Below the pieces are notes generated by a model. That model ran no database searches, had not been told where the DNA came from, and saw nothing but the letters and a program-made list of their open reading frames with translations. A stretch of DNA of 64,000 nt from Chloroflexota bacterium (GTDB lineage Bacteria; Chloroflexota; Limnocylindria; Limnocylindrales; CSP1-4), in the NCBI GenBank assembly GCA_037446495.1, contig JBBIIL010000004.1, positions 11,916-75,915 on the forward strand. The letters run 5' to 3'. Shown here in pieces: positions 1 through 8,407 of the stretch (positions are counted from its first letter, which is position 1; each line of letters starts with the position of its first letter). Both the position numbers and the translations under genes were made by a program.

Positions 1-2
1 AC

Positions 3-251
3 TGCGCCTACGTCCCAATCGATGGCGGCAACCACGGGCAGATGGGCTACTACACGGGCCAGCCCAACGACCCGCCCGCCACGATCAGCCGCGACGACCA
101 GCAGGCGGCGGTGGCGCAGGCCACGCTCGAGATGCTGGCTCGCGTCCAGGCACAGCCGGACCAGTTCCCGCCGGCGCCGGGGTCCTCGGCCTCGCCCGGC
201 TCGACGTCCGCGCCGGTTGCCAACCCCAGCGCCGCCCCATCGGGCTCCTGA
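3..251 (+). CDS. 3' end of a gene entering from upstream of the window; possible alpha/beta-hydrolase-fold protein with a Pro/Ser/Ala-rich tail
   Basis: Frame 3 is open from the window edge (CAYVPIDGGNHGQMGYYTGQPNDPPATISRDDQQ...) to TGA at 249-251. The ORF-track Met at 42 is internal. The GGNH segment resembles a catalytic-His region, but the family is not securely recognised. Confidence 0.4.
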   Translation, partial: CAYVPIDGGNHGQMGYYTGQPNDPPATISRDDQQAAVAQATLEMLARVQAQPDQFPPAPGSSASPGSTSAPVANPSAAPSGS

Positions 252-320
252 GCGCCCGTCTCTGCCGTCGAGCCCGCCGGGCGCAGGTGCGCGGTCGCGC
301 GACGGTCGTCTCGGGGACTC

Positions 321-2174
321 TCAGCGCTTCTCCGGCACGCCCACGAAGCGCAGCCCCAGCTCCTGGTACTGCTCCTCGTCCGGCGCCGACGGCGCCTCGA
401 GCATGAGGTCCGAGCCCGACTGGGTCTTGGGGAATGCCATGACCTCGCGGATGTTCGTCTGGTGGCTGAGCAGCGCGGCCCAGCGGTCCACGCCCAGCGC
501 GATCCCGCCATGGGGCGGCGCGCCGTACTCGAACGCCTCGAGGATGGCGCCGAAGCGCTCCTTCATCTGCTCGGTGGTGTAGCCCTGCAGGTTGAAGCTG
601 CGGGCCAGCAACGTCGGGTCCCAGATCCGGACCGAGCCGCCGCCCAGCTCCCAGCCGTTGAGCGCCACGTCGTACTGCATGGCCTTGGCGCGGCCGGCCG
701 GGTCGCCGGGATCGCGCCGGTCGAGGTCGCCAGACAGCGTGGTGAGCAGGACCTCGTCCTCGGGAACGACGCCGCTGAACGGGTTGTGCGTGGCGTCCCA
801 GCGGCCGTGCTCGGCGTCCCACTGGTACATCGGGAAGTGGTGCACCCAGCAGTAGGCGAGCTGGTTGGGGTCGGCCAGACCCAGCCGCGACGCGATCTCG
901 TTGCGCAGCCGGCCCAGGACCTCGTTGGTGGTGTCCTGCCCGTCTGCGACCACGAGGATCAGGTCGCCCTCAGTCGCGCCCGCGACCGTCCGCACGGCGG
1001 CTTGCGTCTCACTGCTCAGGAACTTGGCGATCGGCCCGTGGAGCTCGCCGCCCGCCTGGACCGCGAGGTGGACGAGGCCCCGCGCGCCGAAGCGCTTGGC
1101 CATCTCGGTCAGCTCGTCGATCTCGCGCCGCGACACGCCACCCATGCCGGGCGCCGTGATGCCCTTCACGCGGCCGCCGGAGGCGATCGTCTCGTCGAAG
1201 ACGCGGAACCCCGACGACGAACCCAGCGCCGAGGCCAGGTCGAACAGCTCCACGCCGAAGCGCAGGTCCGGCTTGTCGGAGCCGAACCGCTCGATCGCAT
1301 CGTCGTACTCGAACAGCGGGAACGGGATCTCGCGGATCGGGCGCTCGGGCACCGTGGCCCTCGTGACCTCGATCACCATCTGCTCGATGAACGCGCGGAC
1401 TGTGTCCTCGTCCACGAAGCTCATCTCGAGGTCGAGCTGGGTGAACTCGGGCTGGCGGTCGCCGCGCAGGTCCTCGTCGCGGAAGCAGCGCGCGATCTGG
1501 AAGTAGCGGTCCACGCCCGCCACCATCAGCAGCTGCTTGAGCTGCTGGGGGCTCTGCGGCAGCGCGTAGACCGTGCCCGGTTGAAGGCGTGACGGGACGA
1601 TGAAGTCGCGGGCGCCCTCGGGCGTGGACTTGATCAGATTGGGCGTCTCCACCTCGACGAATCCGTGGGCGTGGTGTGCCGCGCGGATGGCCTGCACGAG
1701 GCGGCTCCGGAGCAGGAGGCGGCGAGCCATCGCCTCGCGGCGAAGGTCCAGGTAGCGGTATCGCAGCCGCAGGCTCTCGTCGATCGTCGCCTCGGGGTCG
1801 TTGACGTAGAACGGGGGCGTCTTGGACTCGTTGAGGATCGTGACCTTGCGCGCCTGGAGCTCGACGGCGCCCGTCGCGAGCTTCGCGTTCTCCGTGCCCG
1901 GCTGGCGCCTGGCGACCACGCCCTCGAAGGCGACGACGAACTCCGAGCGGAGCCTGGTCGCCGTCTCGTGCGCCTCGGGTGCGTCGGCCGCGTCCACCAC
2001 CACCTGGGTGATCCCGTGCCGGTCGCGCAGGTCGATGAACACGAGCTTGCCGTAGTCGCGCCGGCGGTGCACCCAGCCCGCCAGCTTCGCGTTCGCGCCG
2101 TCGTCGTCCACGCGGAGCTGCCCGCAGGTGTGCGTGCGGTACGGCGTGGCGAGCGAGGCGGATTCTGCGGACAC
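321..2174 (-). CDS. aspS: Aspartyl-tRNA synthetase
   Basis: 617 aa. It has an OB-fold N-terminus (GWVHRRRDYGKLVFIDLRDRHG), class II motif 2 (FQIARCFRDEDLRGDRQPEFTQLDLEMSF) and motif 3 (PPHGGIALGVDRW). The GTG start at 2174 is preceded by GGGAG. Confidence 0.97.
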   Translation of the reverse strand: MSAESASLATPYRTHTCGQLRVDDDGANAKLAGWVHRRRDYGKLVFIDLRDRHGITQVVVDAADAPEAHETATRLRSEFVVAFEGVVARRQPGTENAKLATGAVELQARKVTILNESKTPPFYVNDPEATIDESLRLRYRYLDLRREAMARRLLLRSRLVQAIRAAHHAHGFVEVETPNLIKSTPEGARDFIVPSRLQPGTVYALPQSPQQLKQLLMVAGVDRYFQIARCFRDEDLRGDRQPEFTQLDLEMSFVDEDTVRAFIEQMVIEVTRATVPERPIREIPFPLFEYDDAIERFGSDKPDLRFGVELFDLASALGSSSGFRVFDETIASGGRVKGITAPGMGGVSRREIDELTEMAKRFGARGLVHLAVQAGGELHGPIAKFLSSETQAAVRTVAGATEGDLILVVADGQDTTNEVLGRLRNEIASRLGLADPNQLAYCWVHHFPMYQWDAEHGRWDATHNPFSGVVPEDEVLLTTLSGDLDRRDPGDPAGRAKAMQYDVALNGWELGGGSVRIWDPTLLARSFNLQGYTTEQMKERFGAILEAFEYGAPPHGGIALGVDRWAALLSHQTNIREVMAFPKTQSGSDLMLEAPSAPDEEQYQELGLRFVGVPEKR

Positions 2175-2271
2175 GGAGGGCTCCCGGATGCGGTCCTGGC
2201 TGGGCCAATCCTACCGGAGGCGACGGCGGCGACTCGCACGGCGGTCGGATGGGCCTGCGGCGGCTCCTCGC

Positions 2272-2318
2272 CACGGGGTCGGGGACGCCCCGGTCCCGGA
2301 CAAGCTTGTCACCCCGTG
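2272..2318. other. Nested stem element: an 8-bp outer stem enclosing two hairpins, in the aspS upstream region
   Basis: CACGGGGT (2272-2279) pairs with ACCCCGTG (2311-2318). Inside are CGGGG-ACG-CCCCG (2280-2292) and the 12-nt palindrome GACAAGCTTGTC (2299-2310). All coordinates were read directly from the sequence. Confidence 0.6.
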
Positions 2319-2415
2319 CCGCCGAGCCACACCGTGCACGGTCTCCGGGGCCGTCTGGCGACGATCTGGCTCCCGGCCGCGGAGGTGCAACTCGCCATCG
2401 GCCGAGTGGCCGGGA

Positions 2416-2580
2416 TTCGACTGACCGTCGAAGGTTTCGGCCCCTTCGCGTCGGATCGTCGCTCCTCCGTCGAAGATCGGCCTCGGTCGGGCCCCGACTC
2501 GGTCCCGTCAATGTCGGTTCTTCGACTGGGGGGCGAAGAACCGACCGGCGGCGCTCAGATTCTTCGACGCTGCGTCGAAG
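2416..2580. repeat. Cluster of inverted repeats built on the octamer CGTCGAAG/CTTCGACG in the hisS-aspS spacer
   Basis: The octamer occurs at 2426, 2468 and 2573 (direct) and at 2562 (inverted). Stems are 2416-2421/2427-2432, 2429-2434/2443-2448, 2514-2524/2534-2544 (11 bp perfect) and 2562-2570/2572-2580 (9 bp perfect). Confidence 0.85.
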
Positions 2581-2761
2581 TGTCGTCGCGAGTCGCCGCG
2601 CCGGACTCGCCACACGGCGCCTCAGGGGCCCTCACCACGCGGCGGCGGCTCGCTCGAGGCGAAGCGTCGAACGGCCCGGCGCGGCGCCGAGAGACCTCCG
2701 GCCGGAACGTCAGGGCCGTCGGCGGGGCCGGCGGCGGGGCCGCGACGGCGACGGCCCGCCT

Positions 2762-4048
2762 TCACCCATGGCGGTGCGAGGCCTCCGCGCGGGCCAGCTC
2801 GCGGGCGAGGTCCTCGAGGGCGACCACGCGTTGCGTCCCGGCCTGGAGATCGCGAACCTGCACCTGCCCGGCGGCGAGCTCGTCGCCGAGGATCACGGCG
2901 AAGTGCGCGCCGTCCTTGCCTGCCGCCTCGAGCTGACGCCCGAGCTTGCGACGCCCGAGGTCAGCCCGGACACGCAGATGGGCCGCCCTGAGGTGTGTCG
3001 CGACGCGCAGGCGCGACACCGTGTCGTCCGGTTCCGCGCCAACCACCACGGCGAGTGGCGCCGTGTCGTCCGGGACCGCGCTCCCCTGCTCCGCCAGCAC
3101 CAAGGCGACCCGGTCGAGGCCCAGGCCGAATCCGATTCCGGGCGTGGGCTTGCCGCCCAGCAGTGCCACGAGCCCGTCGTAGCGGCCCCCACCGCCGAGC
3201 GCCTGCTGCTGGCCCTCGCGGCCGGCGACGTAGAACTCGAATGCCGTCCTCGCGTAGTAGTCGAGGCCGCGGACCAGGCCTGGCTCGACGCGGAACGGGA
3301 CGCTGAGTGCCGTCAGGTGCGCCTTGACGCTCTCGAAGTGGGCCGCGCACGCCTCGCACAGGTGGTCCGTGATCCGCGGCGCGGCGGCGTTGAGCTCGGC
3401 CATGTCCGGGTCCTTGGAGTCGAGCAGCCGCAGGACGTTGCGCTCAAGGCGATCCCGCTCGGTCGGAGGCAGGGTGGCGGCGTGCCCGCGGTAGTACTCG
3501 GTGAGCGTGGCAATGTAGGCGGGGCGGCAGGCCGGGTCCCCGATCGAGTTGACCAGGACCTCGACGCCCTCGACGCCCGCCTCGGCATAGAAGCGGTGTC
3601 CGAGCTCGATGACCTCGGCGTCGATCGCGGGCCCCGCATCGCCGATGGCCTCCACGTCGAACTGCCAGAACTGGCGGTAGCGGCCGGCCTGCGGGCGGTC
3701 GTAGCGGAACATCGGCCCGGTGGTCGTGAGCTTCACCGGCTGCGGCCAGGTCTGCATCCCGTGCTGGACGTAGGCACGGACGATGCCCGCAGTGGGCTCT
3801 GGGCGCAGCGCCCATGACTCGGCCTCCTCGGTCCGCGGCGCGATCCGGAAGAGCTCCTTCTCCACGACATCGGTGACTTCGCCGATCCCCCGCTCGAAGA
3901 CGGCCGCCTGCTCAAACAGCGGCGTCTCGATGGGCCGATAGCCGTAGCGGCGGGTCAGGTCCGCGGCGAGTCGCATCAGGCGCTCGAAGACGGCGCGGTC
4001 GTCGGGAAGCAAATCACGAGTGCCCCGAGGGGCTCGAAAGGTGGGCAT
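2762..4048 (-). CDS. hisS: Histidyl-tRNA synthetase
   Basis: 428 aa with HisRS signatures RGTRDLLP, WALRPEPTAG and GGGGRYDGL, followed by a C-terminal anticodon-binding domain. ATG start at 4048. Confidence 0.97.
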   Translation of the reverse strand: MPTFRAPRGTRDLLPDDRAVFERLMRLAADLTRRYGYRPIETPLFEQAAVFERGIGEVTDVVEKELFRIAPRTEEAESWALRPEPTAGIVRAYVQHGMQTWPQPVKLTTTGPMFRYDRPQAGRYRQFWQFDVEAIGDAGPAIDAEVIELGHRFYAEAGVEGVEVLVNSIGDPACRPAYIATLTEYYRGHAATLPPTERDRLERNVLRLLDSKDPDMAELNAAAPRITDHLCEACAAHFESVKAHLTALSVPFRVEPGLVRGLDYYARTAFEFYVAGREGQQQALGGGGRYDGLVALLGGKPTPGIGFGLGLDRVALVLAEQGSAVPDDTAPLAVVVGAEPDDTVSRLRVATHLRAAHLRVRADLGRRKLGRQLEAAGKDGAHFAVILGDELAAGQVQVRDLQAGTQRVVALEDLARELARAEASHRHG

Positions 4049-4125
4049 CGTGCCGTGAGTCTATCGAGTCGACGTCGGCGCGGAGGCGCACGCCCGACGC
4101 GTGGCGGTGCCCGCGGCCACGCCCA

Positions 4126-4141
4126 ACGTTCACGTGAACGT
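4126..4141. promoter_or_regulatory. Perfect 16-bp palindrome ACGTTCACGTGAACGT, candidate MerR-family operator in the hisS/merR divergent region
   Basis: The palindrome is read directly. It sits within four consecutive ACGT-core hexamers (AACGTT CACGTG AACGTC AACGTT, 4125-4148) and lies 16-25 nt upstream of the merR-like start codons at 4157 and 4166. Confidence 0.5.
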
Positions 4142-4156
4142 CAACGTTAAGGTAGG

Positions 4157-4690
4157 ATGAACGCGATGAGTCACGATGCCGCTGCCCCCGCCGCCCTTGA
4201 GACTGCGCCTCGGCTGCTGCGCATCCAGGAGGTCGCTGCCGAGACCGGCCTGACGCCCCGCTCCATCCGCTACTACGAGGAGATGGGGCTGCTCTCCCAG
4301 GTCGCCCGCTCGGAGGGCGCGTACCGCCTGTACGACGCGGACGATCTCGACCGTCTGCGCTTCATCGCGGCGCTGCGCAACGACGCGGGCTTCAGCCTCG
4401 CCGAGATCGGCCAGCTGCTCGAGGACGAGCAGGCCAGCGCCCGCAACCGGGTGCGCTTCCGCAAGGGCGACCAGGCGGAGCAGCGGGCCGCCATCACGGA
4501 CGCGATCGTCAGGATCGACCGCCAGATCGAGACGCTCGAGCGGAAGCGCGCCCGCATCGACGCGATGCTCGCCGACGCCCGGGCTCGAAGAGGCCACAAC
4601 CTGAGCCACCTCGACGACCTGGCTGCAGGCCGTGTGCCGGACCACGCCGCGCACACCGGGGCGCCGCGCGCGCCGGAGCCCGGACGATGA
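4157..4690 (+). CDS. MerR-family transcriptional regulator
   Basis: The N-terminal HTH is LLRIQEVAAETGLTPRSIRYYEEMGLL, followed by a long helical (coiled-coil) region. The stop overlaps the next start (ATGA, 4687-4690). ATG 4166 is an alternative start, with TAGGAT 7 nt upstream. Confidence 0.85.
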   Translation: MNAMSHDAAAPAALETAPRLLRIQEVAAETGLTPRSIRYYEEMGLLSQVARSEGAYRLYDADDLDRLRFIAALRNDAGFSLAEIGQLLEDEQASARNRVRFRKGDQAEQRAAITDAIVRIDRQIETLERKRARIDAMLADARARRGHNLSHLDDLAAGRVPDHAAHTGAPRAPEPGR

Positions 4691-5985
4691 CCGGCGGCCT
4701 CTCCCTGCGAAACGGCTCGCGCGCATTCGCCCACCGCAACTACCGGCTGTTCTTCGGCGGCCAGGGAGTCTCGCTGGTGGGCACCTGGATGCAGACGGTC
4801 GCGCAGGCGTGGCTGGTGCTCAAGCTCACCGGCGATCCATTCATCCTGGGCCTGCTGTCGGCGGTCCAGTTCCTGCCCGTGCTGATCCTGGGGCTGTTCG
4901 GCGGGCTGGTCGCGGACGCGCTCCCCAAGCGCAAGACGCTGATCGTCACGCAGACCGTCCAGATGCTGCTCGCGCTCATCCTGTTCGCGCTGACGCTCAG
5001 CGGCGTCGTTCAGATCTGGCACATCCTCGTTCTGGCGACCCTCCTCGGCGTGTCCAACGCCGTTGACATGCCCACCCGCCAGGCCTTCGCCGTGGAGATG
5101 GTGGGGCCAGACGACGTCCAGAACGCCGTGGCGCTGAACTCGGCGATGTTCAACGGAGCGCGGATCATCGGCCCTGCTGTCGCGGGCATCGCCATCGGCA
5201 TCTTCGGGATCGCCATCGCGTTCCTGCTCAACGGCCTGAGCTTCCTCGCCGTGATCGTCGCCTACGTGGTCATGCGCGACGATGACCTCCGATCCCCCGC
5301 CCACTACAGCCGCCCCAAGACCGTCCGCGCGGTGGGCGAGACGCTGGCCGACGGCCTGCGCTACTGCTGGCGCTCGCCGATGCTCCTCCTGCCGATCACG
5401 ATCATCGGGCTCGCATCGACGTTCGGCATGAACTTCGGCGTCATCATCCCGGCCCTGGCGGACGAGGTGCTCAAGACCGATGCAGTGGGATTCGGCTTCC
5501 TGATGGCGGCCACCGGTGTTGGCTCGCTGTTCGCGGCCCTGCTGATCGCCTTCTCCGGGCGGCCTCGGCCGATGATGATCGGCGTCGGGGCGATCGGCCT
5601 CGGGATCGGCCTCCTCGCCGCTGGTGCCACCGGCACCTTTGCCCTGGCGCTGCCCGCGATGGCGCTCGTGGGCTTCGGCGCCATCGGCATGGCGGCCACG
5701 GCCAACACGACGATCCAACTCAACGTCGAGGACGGGTACCGCGGTCGCGTGATGAGCGTCTACACGACCGTGTTCGCCGGCTCGACGCCCATCGGCGGCG
5801 TCTTCGCGGGCTCGCTGGCGTCGACCTACTCGGTCAGCACGTCGCTGCTCGTCGCCGGTGTGCTGTGCTTGGTCACCGGCGTGATCGGGATCGTCTGGCT
5901 GCAGCAGATTCGCGCCCGGGGCATCGCGCCGGTGCTCGCCCGCGAGAGCGTCGGGGCGTCGGCCGCCGGCGCCCACCGCCGCTGA
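4687..5985 (+). CDS. MFS transporter (EntS/DUF894-like efflux type)
   Basis: 432 aa with about 12 hydrophobic helices and an MFS-type TM2-TM3 loop (GGLVADALPKRK). It is translationally coupled to the MerR gene. Confidence 0.8.
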   Translation: MTGGLSLRNGSRAFAHRNYRLFFGGQGVSLVGTWMQTVAQAWLVLKLTGDPFILGLLSAVQFLPVLILGLFGGLVADALPKRKTLIVTQTVQMLLALILFALTLSGVVQIWHILVLATLLGVSNAVDMPTRQAFAVEMVGPDDVQNAVALNSAMFNGARIIGPAVAGIAIGIFGIAIAFLLNGLSFLAVIVAYVVMRDDDLRSPAHYSRPKTVRAVGETLADGLRYCWRSPMLLLPITIIGLASTFGMNFGVIIPALADEVLKTDAVGFGFLMAATGVGSLFAALLIAFSGRPRPMMIGVGAIGLGIGLLAAGATGTFALALPAMALVGFGAIGMAATANTTIQLNVEDGYRGRVMSVYTTVFAGSTPIGGVFAGSLASTYSVSTSLLVAGVLCLVTGVIGIVWLQQIRARGIAPVLARESVGASAAGAHRR

Positions 5986-6062
5986 TCCGGGCGACGCCCG
6001 ACCGCCCGACCGCATCGCGACCCGCTGGGGCGCTCCCGCGTCCGCCGGTCGCCGCCTGCCCG

Positions 6063-8351
6063 CTACCCGAGGTCGCGCTGGACGTTGAGCACATCCTTGA
6101 GCTGCTCCACGCGCCCCATCACCTTGGCCAGCTGCGCGACAGACGCCACCTGGAGCGTCATGGTGAGCATCGCCGTGTGGTCGGGCGAGACGGACACATT
6201 GGCCGCGAGGATGTTCACGCGGTTCTCGGCCATCACCTGGGTCACGTCGGAGAGCAGGCCGGTCCGGTCGTAGGCCTCAACGCGGATCGCGATCGGGTAC
6301 GTCTGCGCGGGCGCCGACTCCCATTCCACGTCGATCAGCCGGGTCACCTCACGCTCGTTCATCACGGTGGGGCAGCTGCGCAGGTGGACGGTGATGCCCT
6401 TGCCCCGCGTGATGAACCCCTGGATCGGGTCTCCCGGAATGGGGTGGCAGCACTTGGCGAAGCGGACGAGGAGGTCCCCCACCCCCTTCACGCGAACGCC
6501 GCCGGCGCGCGCGGGCTGGGGCGCCGCCACCGTCGGCAGCGCGGCCTGCCCGTCATCGAGGACGCCGAGGCGGATGACCACCTGCTGCGCGGAGACGGCG
6601 CCATAGCCGATGGCCGCGTAGAAGTCGTCCATCGTCTCGTGACCGTAGCTCCTCGCGACGTCCGCCACCTTGTCGAGGCCGATCTGCGCGACGCTGGTCC
6701 GGGCCAGCCGGCGCAGCTCGCGGTCGAGCGACTCCCGCCCGTGGACGACGTTCTCGGCGCGGTCCTTCTTCTTGAACCACTGGCGGATCTTCTCCCGCGC
6801 GTGGGAGGTCCGGACGATGTTCAGCCAGTCGCGCGACGGGCCGTGCTCGCCCTTGGTGGTGACGATCTCGACGATGTCGCCGTTCTTGAGCCGGTAGTCG
6901 AGCGGGACGAGCCGGTTGTTGACCTTGGCGCCGATGGTCCGGTGGCCGATGTCGGTGTGGATGCGATAGGCGAAGTCGAGCGGCGTGGCGCCCGCAGGCA
7001 GGTCCTTCACGTCGCCGCGCGGCGTGAAGACGAAGACCTGGTCCTGGAAGATGTCGAGCTTGATGCCCTCGACGAACTCGGTGGCATCGTGGTCGCCGAC
7101 GTCGCGCTGCCACTCCATCAGCTGGCGCAGCCAGGCGAGCTTGGCGTCGTAGTCGCGCTCCGACTTGGAGCCCTCCTTGTACCGCCAGTGCGCTGCGATC
7201 CCCACCTCGCTGACCTGGTGCATCGCACGGGTGCGGATCTGGATCTCGAGGGGCTTGCCGTCGAGCGCGATCACCGCCGTGTGGAGGCTCTGGTACAGGT
7301 TGTTCTTGGGGACCGCGATGTAGTCGTCGAACTGGCCGGGAATGGGCCGCCACAGCGCGTGGACGATGCCGAGGGCCGCGTAGCAGTCGCGGATCTCGTC
7401 CACCAAGATCCGGATGGCGTAGACGTCGTAGATCTCGCCGAACTCCGCGCCCTTGCGCTGCATCTTCTTGTAGATGCTGTAGATGTGCTTGGGTCGGCCC
7501 TGAAGCTCGGTGTCGAGGCCCGCGGCGGCCAGCTCCGGGCGCAGCTCCTCGATGGCGCGCTCGATGTAGCTCTCGCGGCCCTTCCGGCGGGTGTCCAGGA
7601 GCTTCGCCAGCTCGCGGTAGGCCTCGGGCTCGAGCGCCTTGAAGCTGAGGTCCTCCAGCTCCCACTTGATCTGCCAGATGCCCAGCCGCTCCGCCAGCGG
7701 GGCATAGATCTCCATGGTCTGGCGGGCGATGCGCTGCTGCTTCTCGTTCGGCAGCGCACCGAGCGTGCGCATGTTGTGGAGACGGTCGGCGAGCTTGATC
7801 AACACCACGCGGATGTCGTCCGCCATCGCGAGGAACATCTTCCGGATGTTCTCGGCCTGCTGCTGCTCGTGGCTGTGGGTGCTGAACTTGGACAGCTTGG
7901 TGACGCCGTCCACCATGTGCGCGATCTCGGGTCCGAAGCGCTCCTCGACGTCCGCGAGGCTGTACTCGGTGTCCTCCGGGACGTCGTGGAGCAGGGCCGC
8001 CGCCACCGCAACAGGGTCGATGCCGAGGTCAGCGAGGATCTGCGCCGACGCGATCGGGTGCATGACGTACGGCTCGCCCGACGCTCGGACCTGGCCACGA
8101 TGGGCATCGACCGCGAGGGCGAAGGCGCGCTCGACCACGCCGAGGTCCGCCTGCGGGTGGTGGCCGCGCAGCGCGTTCATCAGGTGGACCCGTGCCGTTC
8201 CGGGATCCTTGTGGCCCCGATGCGGGCGATGCGCCTCGCCCTCAACCGGTGCGACCGGCCCCCCATCGCGTCCGCGCCGGCCGGCCCGCTCCTTCGCGGG
8301 GCGCGGCTTCACGACGCGCTCCTCGGGGTCGCGGACGACGGAGTCGGCCAT
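6063..8351 (-). CDS. rel: Bifunctional (p)ppGpp synthetase/hydrolase (RelA/SpoT homologue)
   Basis: 762 aa. The HD hydrolase domain reads HRGQVRASGEPYVMHPIASAQILADLG...LLHDVPEDT, and the synthetase region contains YSIYKKMQRKG. TGS and C-terminal ACT-like regions follow. ATG start at 8351. Confidence 0.95.
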   Translation of the reverse strand: MADSVVRDPEERVVKPRPAKERAGRRGRDGGPVAPVEGEAHRPHRGHKDPGTARVHLMNALRGHHPQADLGVVERAFALAVDAHRGQVRASGEPYVMHPIASAQILADLGIDPVAVAAALLHDVPEDTEYSLADVEERFGPEIAHMVDGVTKLSKFSTHSHEQQQAENIRKMFLAMADDIRVVLIKLADRLHNMRTLGALPNEKQQRIARQTMEIYAPLAERLGIWQIKWELEDLSFKALEPEAYRELAKLLDTRRKGRESYIERAIEELRPELAAAGLDTELQGRPKHIYSIYKKMQRKGAEFGEIYDVYAIRILVDEIRDCYAALGIVHALWRPIPGQFDDYIAVPKNNLYQSLHTAVIALDGKPLEIQIRTRAMHQVSEVGIAAHWRYKEGSKSERDYDAKLAWLRQLMEWQRDVGDHDATEFVEGIKLDIFQDQVFVFTPRGDVKDLPAGATPLDFAYRIHTDIGHRTIGAKVNNRLVPLDYRLKNGDIVEIVTTKGEHGPSRDWLNIVRTSHAREKIRQWFKKKDRAENVVHGRESLDRELRRLARTSVAQIGLDKVADVARSYGHETMDDFYAAIGYGAVSAQQVVIRLGVLDDGQAALPTVAAPQPARAGGVRVKGVGDLLVRFAKCCHPIPGDPIQGFITRGKGITVHLRSCPTVMNEREVTRLIDVEWESAPAQTYPIAIRVEAYDRTGLLSDVTQVMAENRVNILAANVSVSPDHTAMLTMTLQVASVAQLAKVMGRVEQLKDVLNVQRDLG

Positions 8352-8357
8352 CCGCGA

Positions 8358-8363
8358 AGTCTA
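8358..8363 (-). promoter_or_regulatory. Candidate -10 box TAGACT placed 6 nt upstream of the rel ATG (leaderless-type promoter)
   Basis: The minus strand reads GCGGTAGACTTCGCGGATG. There is no Shine-Dalgarno sequence between the box and the start. Confidence 0.35.
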
Positions 8364-8407
8364 CCGCGCCATTTCGACGGTGGCCGGGGCCCGGGCGCCG
8401 GGCGGCC

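Noticed and set aside
42-251. A 69-aa ORF starting at Met 42, read as a complete small gene.
   Set aside because: The same frame is open back to the first base of the window, so this is the tail of a longer gene truncated by the window edge.
2175-2761. A T-box riboswitch regulating aspS, since hisS-aspS operons in Firmicutes use T-boxes.
   Set aside because: I could not find the conserved T-box sequence (a GGTGGTACCGCG-like motif) or a recognisable specifier-loop architecture on either strand. The structures present are described as unclassified instead.
4273-6015. A 580-aa minus-strand ORF.
   Set aside because: It is antisense to the MerR and MFS genes. It is highly charged low-complexity sequence, whereas the plus frame gives 12 clean hydrophobic helices.
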